Both the position numbers and the translations under genes were made by a program. A DNA stretch of 64,000 nt from NCBI GenBank assembly GCA_028694915.1, contig JAQVJY010000002.1, positions 64,401 to 128,400 of the forward strand, read 5' to 3'. Position 1 is the first letter of the stretch. Each line of letters opens with the position of its first letter. Origin of the DNA: Paludibacteraceae bacterium. Lineage in GTDB: Bacteria > Bacteroidota > Bacteroidia > Bacteroidales > Paludibacteraceae. Under the pieces are notes generated by a model. It saw only the letters and a program-made list of their open reading frames with translations, was not told where the DNA came from and searched no databases. Positions 19,210 through 28,319 of the stretch are shown here, piece after piece.

Positions 19210-20675
19210 AAAGCGGCGTGCATTTGGTTGAGCTTGCTCACAAAATAGTGTAAAATACGGTAGTACAATTCATCGCCAATAACCGCATCTTCTACTTCGT
19301 GGTCGATACTTGGATTATCGTTAATTTCAATTACCATCGGTTTGCCATTCACCACTTTGAGGTCGACTCCGTACAAACCTTTACCAATCAAAGCAGACGC
19401 TTTTACCGCCAAATCGAGCACTTTAGAAGGCACTTGATAAATAGGCACGGTTTCCCACGGACCACACAGATTTTTGCCCGTGACGGCGTGATTGTAAATT
19501 TGCCAATGTCCTTTGGCCATGTAATATTTACAAGCAAACAGCGGTTCGCCATTCAACACACCCACACGCCAGTCGAACTCCGTAGGAATATACTCTTGCA
19601 CCAATAAAATAGACGAATGTTGAAACAGATGTTCGATAGCTTCTTTAAATTCCGCTTCATTCGTCACACGACGCATACCAATAGAAAATGAACCATCAGG
19701 AATTTTAATAATAAATGGTGAACCAATTTGCGCACTCACAGCTTCAAACGTATAGTCCTGCGAACGAAACAACAAGAGCGATGCTGGAGCTGAAATTTTC
19801 CCTTTTTCGAATAATTCCGACAGATATACTTTATTGGTGCAACGAATAATCGACTGTGGATCATCAATCACCACCATGCCATTGAGAGCGGCTTTCTGCG
19901 ATAAATTATAGGTGTAGTGGTTGAGCGACGTTGTGGTTCGAATAAACAGACCATCAAACTCCATTAAACGCGTAGCGTCATCTTCGGTAATCAATTCGGC
20001 ATGAATATTCATGCGTTTAGCTACTTCCAAAAATTTATTGATAGCTTGTTTATCGCTCGGTGGGAATTTTTCAGCTGGGTCGTGTAAAATAGCCAAGCTG
20101 TAACGCGTTGATTTAGAGCAACGTGGAGAGCGCCACACTTTCTTGTTGAAATGGTCGAGCGCGTCGGCAAAATCATCTTGTTCCGAATCGCTCAAGCGGT
20201 TTAAGGGTAGCGATTGAACGGATTCCAATTGATTACGTTTTTGAGTGTTAAACGTAACACGCAATAGCGGACTTGGATAATTATCAAAAATATAGCGGGC
20301 AATTTTCTCTAAACCTTTTTCCTTACATTGTCCAAAATAGATATTCAGAGACCACGTTTCGGTCAAATTGTTATGTGTGATGTATTGATGACACTGCTTT
20401 TGAAGCACGTCCGACATACGTATACCCATGCCACTTTCCAGTTTATTGAGCGTATCTACACCAGGAATCACTCGATGTCCACGCGCTTGGGCCAACAGTG
20501 AACAATAATAGCCTTCGGAATTATAACTATAATCGTTGGCTAAGTTAATAACTAGTTGCGGTGTACGTCCCACGTATTGGTGTTCCAAATAATCGGAAAC
20601 CGTCATCACACTTTCACTCGAACAGTATGGCTTCCAATCACTTAAACTGTTCAATAAGATAAAAACACTATTCAT
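19206..20675 (-). CDS. RimK-type ATP-grasp ligase with an N-terminal RLAN-like extension
   Basis: The C-terminal half has ATP-grasp motifs (FIIKIPDGSFS, LLVQEYIPTEFDWRVGVLNG, GVDLKVVNGKPMVIEINDNP). The extra ~200-aa N-terminal domain contains YYCSLLAQARGHRVIP. Start is trimmed to MNSVFILLN (ATG 20673-20675). Confidence 0.8.
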   Translation of the reverse strand: MNSVFILLNSLSDWKPYCSSESVMTVSDYLEHQYVGRTPQLVINLANDYSYNSEGYYCSLLAQARGHRVIPGVDTLNKLESGMGIRMSDVLQKQCHQYITHNNLTETWSLNIYFGQCKEKGLEKIARYIFDNYPSPLLRVTFNTQKRNQLESVQSLPLNRLSDSEQDDFADALDHFNKKVWRSPRCSKSTRYSLAILHDPAEKFPPSDKQAINKFLEVAKRMNIHAELITEDDATRLMEFDGLFIRTTTSLNHYTYNLSQKAALNGMVVIDDPQSIIRCTNKVYLSELFEKGKISAPASLLLFRSQDYTFEAVSAQIGSPFIIKIPDGSFSIGMRRVTNEAEFKEAIEHLFQHSSILLVQEYIPTEFDWRVGVLNGEPLFACKYYMAKGHWQIYNHAVTGKNLCGPWETVPIYQVPSKVLDLAVKASALIGKGLYGVDLKVVNGKPMVIEINDNPSIDHEVEDAVIGDELYYRILHYFVSKLNQMHAAL

Positions 20676-20696
20676 AGATAGAGGTTTAAAGACGCG

Positions 20697-20704
20697 CAAA
20701 GATA
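20697..20704 (-). promoter_or_regulatory. candidate -7 promoter box (TATCTTTG) for the ATP-grasp/GNAT pair
   Basis: The reverse complement matches TAnnTTTG and lies 22 nt upstream of ATG 20675. Confidence 0.35.
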
Positions 20705-20764
20705 AATAAAATTGCAGATGTTGTTCACAAATTTTATGAAATAAAAAACTAAAGTTATCCACCA

Positions 20765-20804
20765 CAAAAAAAGCACCCAGCGAAAAATCGTTGAGTGCTT
20801 TTTT
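20765..20804 (-). terminator. rho-independent terminator downstream of the exonuclease gene
   Basis: Imperfect 11-bp stem gcacccagcga / tcgttgagtgc, flanked by an A-run and a T-run. Confidence 0.5.
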
Positions 20805-20822
20805 ATATCAGTTGGAAATTGG

Positions 20823-21590
20823 TTATTTACCAAACATACGCAATTTGATATTGGTCAAAACCTTTTTGGTGTACAACGGGAAATCGCCTTGCATCATCCA
20901 GCCGTAGTAGCCCATGTCGTTACGCAACACATCTTCTACTTTTTGACCTTTATATTTGCCAAAATTGATAATTTCCTCGTCTTTATCGTTGTACACAATA
21001 CGACCTGCAAAATCTACATTGCGATTGAACGAGGTAAATTTGGATAAAAATTCCACATCATTTTGTAAGTCAGGATAGCGGTCGAGTTGCGCTTTGAGCA
21101 CTTCGTACGTAGCTTTGGTATCCGCTTCAGCTGTGTGCGCATCTTCCAAATTTTTAGCGCAATAAAATTGGTAAGCAGCACTCAACGTACGTTGTTCCAT
21201 TTTATGAAAAACCACCTGTACGTCCACAAATTTACGTTTCATCAAATCAATATCCACATCAGCACGCAAAAACTCTTCGGCCAACAACGGAATATCAAAG
21301 CGATTGGAGTTATAACCCGCCAAGTCGCAACCTTCAATATCTTTGGCTATGTTTTTAGCAACGGCTTTAAATACGGGCGCATTAGCCACATCTTGGTCGT
21401 AAATACCATGTATAGCACTCGATTCTGCTGGAATATGACAGCCCGGATTGATACGCATGGTTTTACTTTCTTCCATGCCATTAGGAGAAATTTTAAGATA
21501 CGAAATTTCCACAATCCGATCGGATACAATATTGGTTCCAGTGGTTTCTAAATCGAAAAATACAAGGGGATTTTTGAGCTTAAGTTGCAT
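20823..21590 (-). CDS. DEDDh 3'-5' exonuclease (DnaQ/epsilon-like) with a C-terminal accessory domain
   Basis: Exo motifs FFDLETTG, NSNRFD and HTAEADT. Confidence 0.85.
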   Translation of the reverse strand: MQLKLKNPLVFFDLETTGTNIVSDRIVEISYLKISPNGMEESKTMRINPGCHIPAESSAIHGIYDQDVANAPVFKAVAKNIAKDIEGCDLAGYNSNRFDIPLLAEEFLRADVDIDLMKRKFVDVQVVFHKMEQRTLSAAYQFYCAKNLEDAHTAEADTKATYEVLKAQLDRYPDLQNDVEFLSKFTSFNRNVDFAGRIVYNDKDEEIINFGKYKGQKVEDVLRNDMGYYGWMMQGDFPLYTKKVLTNIKLRMFGK

Positions 21591-21612
21591 AAAATGTATT
21601 GAGATGATGTAA

Positions 21613-22428
21613 TTAATCCAACGAAATATGTTCTGCTTCTATGGTTTGTTGTAAAAAAATAGAGGCTGATGATTGAAATTTCTCGGCCGATTCAGTCGTT
21701 AAAAAGCGGGTTTTTCCACCTTTAGAGCAAACCTGTTCGAGCTCTGGATGACGTTCCAAATAATCGGCTAAACTATCCGCCACAATGTTACCTTGCGTGA
21801 CAATATGAATGTGTGACGGCAAATAGTGTTCAATTTTCTGTAGTAACAGCGGGTAATGCGTGCAACCTAAAATAAGCGTATCAATAGACGCATTTTTAGC
21901 GAGCAATTGATCTAAATATTTTTTGACGAAAAAGTCGGCACCAGCCGATTGGTGTTCGTTGTTTTCGATAAGTGGCACCCACATTGGGCACGCTTGATTG
22001 ATGACTTGAATGTCAGGAAATAATTTACCAACTTCCAAACCATAAGAATTCGATTGAACTGTACCATCGGTAGCGACTAAGCCAACCACACGAGTTTTGG
22101 TCAATGCATCGATGCTTTCGGCCGTTGGGCGAATCACACCAAGCACACGACGATTGGGATAATAGTGGAGCAATTCATTTTGTTGAATAGAACGCAAGGC
22201 CTTTGCCGAAGCCGTATTGCAAGCTAAAATTACCAATTGGCAATCCATTTCGAATAGTTTTTTGACACATTGCCATGTATATTGGTACACCACTTCGAAC
22301 GAACGGGTACCATACGGCGTGCGAGCGTTATCACCCAAATAGATATAATCATATTGAGGTAATCGTTCGCGAATTTTTTCCAAAATGGTCAATCCGCCAT
22401 AACCAGAATCAAATACGCCTATTTTCAT
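21613..22428 (-). CDS. murI: glutamate racemase
   Basis: Motifs FDSGYGGLT, ACNTASA and LGCTHYP. Confidence 0.92.
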   Translation of the reverse strand: MKIGVFDSGYGGLTILEKIRERLPQYDYIYLGDNARTPYGTRSFEVVYQYTWQCVKKLFEMDCQLVILACNTASAKALRSIQQNELLHYYPNRRVLGVIRPTAESIDALTKTRVVGLVATDGTVQSNSYGLEVGKLFPDIQVINQACPMWVPLIENNEHQSAGADFFVKKYLDQLLAKNASIDTLILGCTHYPLLLQKIEHYLPSHIHIVTQGNIVADSLADYLERHPELEQVCSKGGKTRFLTTESAEKFQSSASIFLQQTIEAEHISLD

Positions 22429-22931
22429 TATTGTATCCCTAATTCTTGTTTAACCAACGGAAGTAAATCCATACAAGATGCGCTCACATACAACGGCGTA
22501 GCTTGATCTAATACAATAGAAACACCCTGCGCTTTTGCTACCGTTTCAATAGCCTGTTTCACTTTGTTATTGATTGGAGTCCACAACAAGGTGGTTTGTT
22601 TTTTTATTTCTTCTGTGTAACGTTTTTTGTAAATAGCCATACGCTCTTCATACTCGGTAATTTCTGCTTGACGAGCCAATTTAATAGGCTCGCTCAACGA
22701 TTTACTAGTAGCCAAATACGCTTTTACCTTTGCATTATACTCAGTAGTCATACGTTCATACTCGGTATTATACAAAATGTTGAGTTGCGACAATTGCGCC
22801 TCTACTTGCGATACTTCAGGCATGTTCACATACAGTGCCGAACGTTCGATATAGCCAATTTTACACGTATCCTGGGCCTGAACAGACAACAACGCCGACA
22901 AGACCAAAATGAGAGAAAAAAATCGTTTCAT
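22428..22931 (-). CDS. OmpH/Skp-family periplasmic chaperone
   Basis: Signal peptide (VQA|QDT) and a coiled-coil-rich ~150-aa body. Third of three tandem paralogues. Confidence 0.8.
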   Translation of the reverse strand: MKRFFSLILVLSALLSVQAQDTCKIGYIERSALYVNMPEVSQVEAQLSQLNILYNTEYERMTTEYNAKVKAYLATSKSLSEPIKLARQAEITEYEERMAIYKKRYTEEIKKQTTLLWTPINNKVKQAIETVAKAQGVSIVLDQATPLYVSASCMDLLPLVKQELGIQ

Positions 22932-23001
22932 AAATTAACACTATTATTTCAAAAAAGGCTACCAATGGCAGCCTTTTTTAAGTCAATATTGGTGGCACAA
23001 A

Positions 23002-23505
23002 TTAAAGAATTCCCAACTCTTTTTTTACCAAAGGGGCAATATCTACTGCCTTAGGCGATTTGTACAAAATACCTGCTTCTGATTCAAACACCATGAAGAA
23101 ATTGTTTTTCTGACCTACAGTTTCAATGGCTTTTTTGAGTTTATCTTGTACTGGTTGCAACAAACTTTGTTGTTTTGTTTGTGACTCCGTATACAATGTT
23201 TGTTGAGCTGTTTGGAAACGACGATATAACTCTTGTAAATCTTCTTCTTTCACTTTACGAACTGCTTCACTCAAAGTAGGTTTTTCTTGATCATATTTGG
23301 CCATTTTGTCTTCCAATTCTTTTTGCATATCCTGCATATATTTGGTATTTTGAGCGTTAAACTCGGCCATTTGTTTTTCAATGGTACTAATTTCGGGCAT
23401 CAACATCATCACTTCTTGTGTGTTGATATAACCAAATTTTAAATCTTCTGCCATAGCCGCTAACGGCATAATAGCCGCCAAAAACAAAATAATTTTCTTC
23501 ATCAT
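23002..23505 (-). CDS. OmpH/Skp-family periplasmic chaperone
   Basis: Signal peptide (AMA|EDL), the conserved FGYINTQEV start and a coiled-coil body. Confidence 0.8.
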   Translation of the reverse strand: MMKKIILFLAAIMPLAAMAEDLKFGYINTQEVMMLMPEISTIEKQMAEFNAQNTKYMQDMQKELEDKMAKYDQEKPTLSEAVRKVKEEDLQELYRRFQTAQQTLYTESQTKQQSLLQPVQDKLKKAIETVGQKNNFFMVFESEAGILYKSPKAVDIAPLVKKELGIL

Positions 23506-23562
23506 AAGTTTCTATTTTTTAATGATTTTAATAAGCAATTTCTAAAACACAAAGGTAACTAT

Positions 23563-24078
23563 TTATTTAGAATAACCAAGTTTCTCGAGTACAGCGTCGC
23601 TCACATCAATTTTGGGAGAGGCAAAAATCAAACTCATATTCGACGACTTATCCAAAATTAATTGATAATCTTTTTCATTAGCCAATGTTTGTACCGCTGT
23701 AAATATTTCTTCTTGAATTGGTTTCATCAAGCTTTCTCGCTTTTTAAACAATTCGCCTTGTGGGCCAAAATAGTTACGTTTGAGTTCGTTGGCTTCTTTC
23801 TCTTTTGCCACAATTTCTTCTTCACGTTTGGTTTTCATATCGGCGGACATAAACACCAATTCCGTTTGGTAATTTTTGTACATAGTTTGTACTTCGGCCA
23901 ATTTGGTTTCCACCTCTTTTTGCCATTTTTTGGATAACTGATCCAATTGTTCGTTGGCTGTTTCGTAAGCAGGAACAGCTTTCAAAATATAATCCATATC
24001 AATTAACGCAAACTTCTGTGCCTGCGTAAAACCGAATGAACCAAACATTACAGCGACGAGTAAAATAAGTTTTTTCAT
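23563..24078 (-). CDS. OmpH/Skp-family periplasmic chaperone
   Basis: Start is trimmed to MKKLILLVAV (ATG 24076-24078). Signal peptide (TQA|QKF) and a coiled-coil body. Confidence 0.8.
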   Translation of the reverse strand: MKKLILLVAVMFGSFGFTQAQKFALIDMDYILKAVPAYETANEQLDQLSKKWQKEVETKLAEVQTMYKNYQTELVFMSADMKTKREEEIVAKEKEANELKRNYFGPQGELFKKRESLMKPIQEEIFTAVQTLANEKDYQLILDKSSNMSLIFASPKIDVSDAVLEKLGYSK

Positions 24079-24149
24079 AACGATATCAATTACAATTATA
24101 GAACGCATGGCAAAAGTCTTGCCAAACCATGCTTTTTTAACAACTATTA

Positions 24150-26753
24150 TTAAAATTCTTGTCCTAAGACGAAAGCAAATTGGCTGCCACCTTTACCGCT
24201 GTCACCGCGAATTGGGTCAAAGCCCCAACCCCAGTCTACACCCAGCAAACCAAACATTGGTAAGAATACGCGTACGCCAACACCCGCCGAACGTTTCAAA
24301 TCGAATGGATTAAAGTCTTTAAATTCGGACCAACAGTTACCTGCTTCCAAAAAGGCTAATGCCCACACATTGGTTTGACCTTCGAGTAATAATGGGTAAC
24401 GTAATTCAAACGACAATTTTGTATACAAGTTACCATTATAACCATTGCTGTTTTGAGGAGTCAACGAACCTGATTCATAACCACGTAAACCGACGGTTTC
24501 TGTTCCGGCTGTAGTATAGCCCGACATTCCATCACCACCTACATAAAATTTCTCAAATGGCGAACGTTTGTTTTTATTGTAATAACCTAAAAAGCCATAC
24601 TCGGCACGTGCCATCAACACCAATTTCTCATCTTTGGTAAGCGGCGTAAACATTTTAGCCGAGAATTTCCATTTATGGTATTCAATCCATTTATATTTAT
24701 CAATATCAGGCATAGAACTGTAATCCTTACCATCAACCAAGGAATATGGGAATGTAGCTTTTACAGAGAATGCAAAAGATGACCCACGACGGGTATAAAT
24801 AGGATTAAAAATAGAATTACGAGATAAAGTCACACCCAATGCCAAGTTATTGGACAAACCTGTTTCAAAACCAAAATAGTATTTGTACCAATTTTTAAGA
24901 TCATAACGTTGGTAAGATAATTCACTATAGAGTGCAAAATAATCATCTGGCCAATCGAGACGTGTACCAATACCCACAGAAGCACCTAATGTACGTAAGT
25001 AAATATTTTTATCGTATTCGGTACCTACACCTGATGAATAATTATTACCATATAATAACGAATTATAGTAAGTGTTATCCATATAAGCTTGCTGATAACG
25101 TCTGCTTAAGCCTGTTTGTATGGAATAATAAACGCTTACGGATAACGAATTAGGGCGTTTACCGCCTAACCATGGCTCATAAAATGAGAGTCCATAATTT
25201 TGATAATAGATACCATTCGTTTGTGCTTTTATGCTAAATGTTTGCCCTTCACCTTGAGGCAAAATTTTATACATATCTTTCTTAAACACATTTTGAAGGG
25301 CAAAATTGGTAAACTTCAACGCTAATGAAAACACTAAACCCGATTGTCCCCAACCAGCCGAAAATTCCACTTGGTCACTCGATTTGGTTTCTAAATTTAA
25401 ACCTACATCCACCGTACCATCTTCTTGATTAGGTTGAATATCAACGCCTTTATAGAGTTTCTCTTCATCAAATTGTTTCATTTGAGCCAATTCGCGCAAG
25501 GTACGCACTAAATCCGATTGGCTGTATAGGTTACCAGGTTTCACACGTAATTCGCGGCGAATAACATGTTCGTACAAACGTGTATTTCCTGTAATAGTTA
25601 CATTGTTGATGGTAGCCGGCTTACCTTCGTACATGCGCATTTCATAATCGATAGAATCTGATTCTACTTTCACCTCAACTGGATCGATATTGAAAAACAA
25701 ATAACCATTATCTTGATACAATTTAGAAACCGCATCCTCATCTTCGGTTAAACGCTTGTTGAGCAGTTTTAAATTATAAATATCACCTGTTTTAACGTTC
25801 AATACACGATCCAAATAATCGCTTGGATAAACTGTATTACCAGCCCATTTGATATCGCGGAAATAATATTTTTTACCTTCGTCTACAGTCAAGTACACAT
25901 CTACATGCGTTTCATCGTATTTGGCAACACTATCAAACACAATGGCAGCATCGCGATAACCAATTTCGTTGTATTTAGCAATTAAAGCATCCTTGTCATT
26001 TTTAAATTCGTCCTGAACAAATTTTTTGCTTCTAAAGATATTCAAGATATTGGCCTGACGATTGGTTTTTTTCATCGTAGCGTCAATCTTGTTCAGCGAA
26101 AGAGCTTGGTTGCCAGTTACATATATTTCACGAACTTTAATTTTCTCCTTCTTATCGACATTCACATCCAAAATAACAGAACCTACTTGTGCAGGATCAG
26201 CCTTTTCATACATAAAAACCTCGGCATTGTAATACCCTTTTCCAGCCATCTCTTTTTTGATAGCTATTTTAGAACGATCGAGTAAATCGGGTGTAATTTG
26301 GCTTCCTTTGGTTAGTGCTAACTTGGTTTGTAAATCCTCTTCTTCCGATTTTTTTAATCCGTAATAATTTACTTTTGAAATACGAGGACGTTGCTTTAAA
26401 TGCAATTCCAGCCAAATGCTATCGTTTTGAATTTTGGTTGCCAATACGCGTACATCCGAAAAATAACCTTGTTTCCAAAAACGTTTTACCGCACTGGAGA
26501 TTTCAGTACCTGGCACTTTAATTTTTTGCCCAACGGACAAGCCCGAAAAGCCAATTAGCACATAATCTTCGTAAGTTTCAGAACCTACAATGGCAATATT
26601 GGCAATGGTTAAATCGCCACTTGGAATAGCGTAGTCGATAGTTGGCGATGAGGCAGTGAGCGTATCAACTGATGCCACCGTTTGTTGTGCCACTACGTGA
26701 GCACCCAACAAAAGTAAAGAGAGGGAGAAAAAAACGCGTATGTTAGTTTTCAT
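24150..26753 (-). CDS. bamA: outer membrane protein assembly factor BamA
   Basis: Start is trimmed to MKTNIRVFF (ATG 26751-26753). Signal peptide, POTRA repeats and a C-terminal beta-barrel ending FVLGQEF. The gene overlaps the uppS stop by 11 nt. Confidence 0.92.
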   Translation of the reverse strand: MKTNIRVFFSLSLLLLGAHVVAQQTVASVDTLTASSPTIDYAIPSGDLTIANIAIVGSETYEDYVLIGFSGLSVGQKIKVPGTEISSAVKRFWKQGYFSDVRVLATKIQNDSIWLELHLKQRPRISKVNYYGLKKSEEEDLQTKLALTKGSQITPDLLDRSKIAIKKEMAGKGYYNAEVFMYEKADPAQVGSVILDVNVDKKEKIKVREIYVTGNQALSLNKIDATMKKTNRQANILNIFRSKKFVQDEFKNDKDALIAKYNEIGYRDAAIVFDSVAKYDETHVDVYLTVDEGKKYYFRDIKWAGNTVYPSDYLDRVLNVKTGDIYNLKLLNKRLTEDEDAVSKLYQDNGYLFFNIDPVEVKVESDSIDYEMRMYEGKPATINNVTITGNTRLYEHVIRRELRVKPGNLYSQSDLVRTLRELAQMKQFDEEKLYKGVDIQPNQEDGTVDVGLNLETKSSDQVEFSAGWGQSGLVFSLALKFTNFALQNVFKKDMYKILPQGEGQTFSIKAQTNGIYYQNYGLSFYEPWLGGKRPNSLSVSVYYSIQTGLSRRYQQAYMDNTYYNSLLYGNNYSSGVGTEYDKNIYLRTLGASVGIGTRLDWPDDYFALYSELSYQRYDLKNWYKYYFGFETGLSNNLALGVTLSRNSIFNPIYTRRGSSFAFSVKATFPYSLVDGKDYSSMPDIDKYKWIEYHKWKFSAKMFTPLTKDEKLVLMARAEYGFLGYYNKNKRSPFEKFYVGGDGMSGYTTAGTETVGLRGYESGSLTPQNSNGYNGNLYTKLSFELRYPLLLEGQTNVWALAFLEAGNCWSEFKDFNPFDLKRSAGVGVRVFLPMFGLLGVDWGWGFDPIRGDSGKGGSQFAFVLGQEF

Positions 26754-27489
26754 TGAGTTGTTCGCTAGTTTTACCGAAACGACGTTCGCGGTGTTGATAA
26801 TCGACAATGGCTTCGTACAGTTGTTCTTCTCTAAAATCTGGCCAATGAATAGACGTAAAATAGAGTTCGGAATAAGCAATTTGCCACAGTAAAAAGTTAC
26901 TAATACGTACTTCGCCACTCGTACGAATCAAAAGATCTGGATCTGGTATATTGGCAGTATTTAAATGTTGTGAAATAACATCTTCGGTGATTGATTCTGG
27001 AGTTAACTGACCTTTTTCTACTTTGAACGCTATTTGACGCATGGCGTCAGCCATTTCCCAACGAGAAGAATAGCTTAATGCCAAAACCAACTTCAAGCCT
27101 GTATTTTTAGCCGTATCGGCCATGCAATTTTGTAATTTCTTAAACGCATTTTCGGGCATACGCGTCAAATCGCCAATAGCTAACAAACGAATATTGTTGG
27201 CATGGAATGTAGGGGTTTCTTTCTCAATATTTTCGACCAATAATTCCATCAACGCATCGACCTCCGATTTGGGACGATTCCAATTTTCTTTGGAAAATGT
27301 ATACAAGGTTAAATATTCAAGACCTATTTCCGTGGCAGCTTCAGTCACTTTACGCACAGATACAACACCATTTTGGTGACCCACCAAACGATTGAATCCA
27401 CGCTCTTTAGCCCAACGCCCATTACCATCCATAATGATAGCAACATGCTTTGGCAAGGCTGTTTTGTCTATTTGTTCTTTAAAATTCAT
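26743..27489 (-). CDS. uppS: isoprenyl transferase (undecaprenyl-diphosphate synthase)
   Basis: Motifs IIMDGNGRWA and RTSGEVRISNFLLWQ. Confidence 0.92.
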   Translation of the reverse strand: MNFKEQIDKTALPKHVAIIMDGNGRWAKERGFNRLVGHQNGVVSVRKVTEAATEIGLEYLTLYTFSKENWNRPKSEVDALMELLVENIEKETPTFHANNIRLLAIGDLTRMPENAFKKLQNCMADTAKNTGLKLVLALSYSSRWEMADAMRQIAFKVEKGQLTPESITEDVISQHLNTANIPDPDLLIRTSGEVRISNFLLWQIAYSELYFTSIHWPDFREEQLYEAIVDYQHRERRFGKTSEQLNEN

Positions 27490-28166
27490 CTTTGTTGTTT
27501 GTACCTAATATGGTTACGGCAAGGTGCGCATATCTCTAAAAAATCGAATGATAAAAAAATCCCAAACGTCGAAAACAAATCTTTGTTATTTAAAACACCT
27601 CTGTTCAGACGGTATGGATCATTTACATTATCAAAATTATCAGCTAGGAGTTTATGCATCGTCCAAGAAGCACCCACATTCCAACGACCACCAAACTTAT
27701 ATTTCACACCTAACCCAAAAGGAATATTCATACCCAATAAACCAGCCTTGAAATTATAAAAAGTGGTACCTAGTCCGAAAAACATGTAAGGCGTTATATT
27801 CGAGGCATTTTCCTGATATTTTTTAGCACCGTAATTCCAAAAATTAAATGTATAAAGCAAACTAAAATCTACGAAATTAGTTGCTTGCGTTACATTATTC
27901 AGTGTTTGTATACCAGCGAGTCCTCCTGTCAAATCAACACCAATTTCGTGATGACCATCGACTTTATATTTACCAAAAGCCCCAAAAGAAGGTCCCAACT
28001 GGTGAAACAAGGTGGAATTGACATCGCCTAAATAAAAAGCGCCACCACCTTGCAAGCCAGCTTCCATATAATATCGATATTGCTCACGGCCTTTTTGAGC
28101 CGAAACACTCACCGTAATCAACAGAAAAAGAGCTAGAAACGTTCTATAAATCATTTTATTCACCAT
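27486..28166 (-). CDS. outer-membrane beta-barrel protein (DUF6089-like)
   Basis: Signal peptide (VSA|QKG), alternating beta-strand pattern and an aromatic C-terminal region. The start is ambiguous among the Met codons starting (minus strand) at 28169, 28166 and 28154. The gene has a 4-nt overlap with the uppS start. Confidence 0.6.
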   Translation of the reverse strand: MVNKMIYRTFLALFLLITVSVSAQKGREQYRYYMEAGLQGGGAFYLGDVNSTLFHQLGPSFGAFGKYKVDGHHEIGVDLTGGLAGIQTLNNVTQATNFVDFSLLYTFNFWNYGAKKYQENASNITPYMFFGLGTTFYNFKAGLLGMNIPFGLGVKYKFGGRWNVGASWTMHKLLADNFDNVNDPYRLNRGVLNNKDLFSTFGIFLSFDFLEICAPCRNHIRYKQQR

Positions 28167-28219
28167 CATTTTTATAACTATCGCCAAAGTAGAACGTATT
28201 CCTAGTTAAAAAATTGCTA

Positions 28220-28227
28220 CAAATATA
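28220..28227 (-). promoter_or_regulatory. candidate -7 promoter box (TATATTTG) for the envelope-biogenesis block
   Basis: The reverse complement of caaatata matches TAnnTTTG. It lies about 54 nt upstream of the first gene of the minus-strand block DUF6089-uppS-bamA-skp-murI. Confidence 0.3.
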
Positions 28228-28319
28228 CGTCTTTTTGTTGAAATTCAGCGTTCAACCCGCAAAATAGGGGGCTATTTTAACAAAAAAATGGCTATTTTAT
28301 AAACTCTTTGTGCAACTGT

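Noticed and set aside
26754-26918. N-terminal extensions in the ORF track. Examples are bamA 922 aa, ribD 400 aa, glmS 639 aa, ansA 367 aa, the ABC ATPase 329 aa, the ATP-grasp protein 519 aa and the PASTA protein 304 aa.
   Set aside because: The extensions run through upstream genes or AT-rich intergenic DNA and precede canonical N-termini (MKTNIRVFF signal peptide, MCGIVGY and others). Internal ATGs give the conserved starts.
28268-28300. A 10-nt direct repeat, ggctatttta, occurring twice and 13 nt apart, between the EamA gene and the envelope block.
   Set aside because: The repeat is short and AT-rich, has no associated palindrome or ORF, and occurs once only. It is consistent with chance or slippage.
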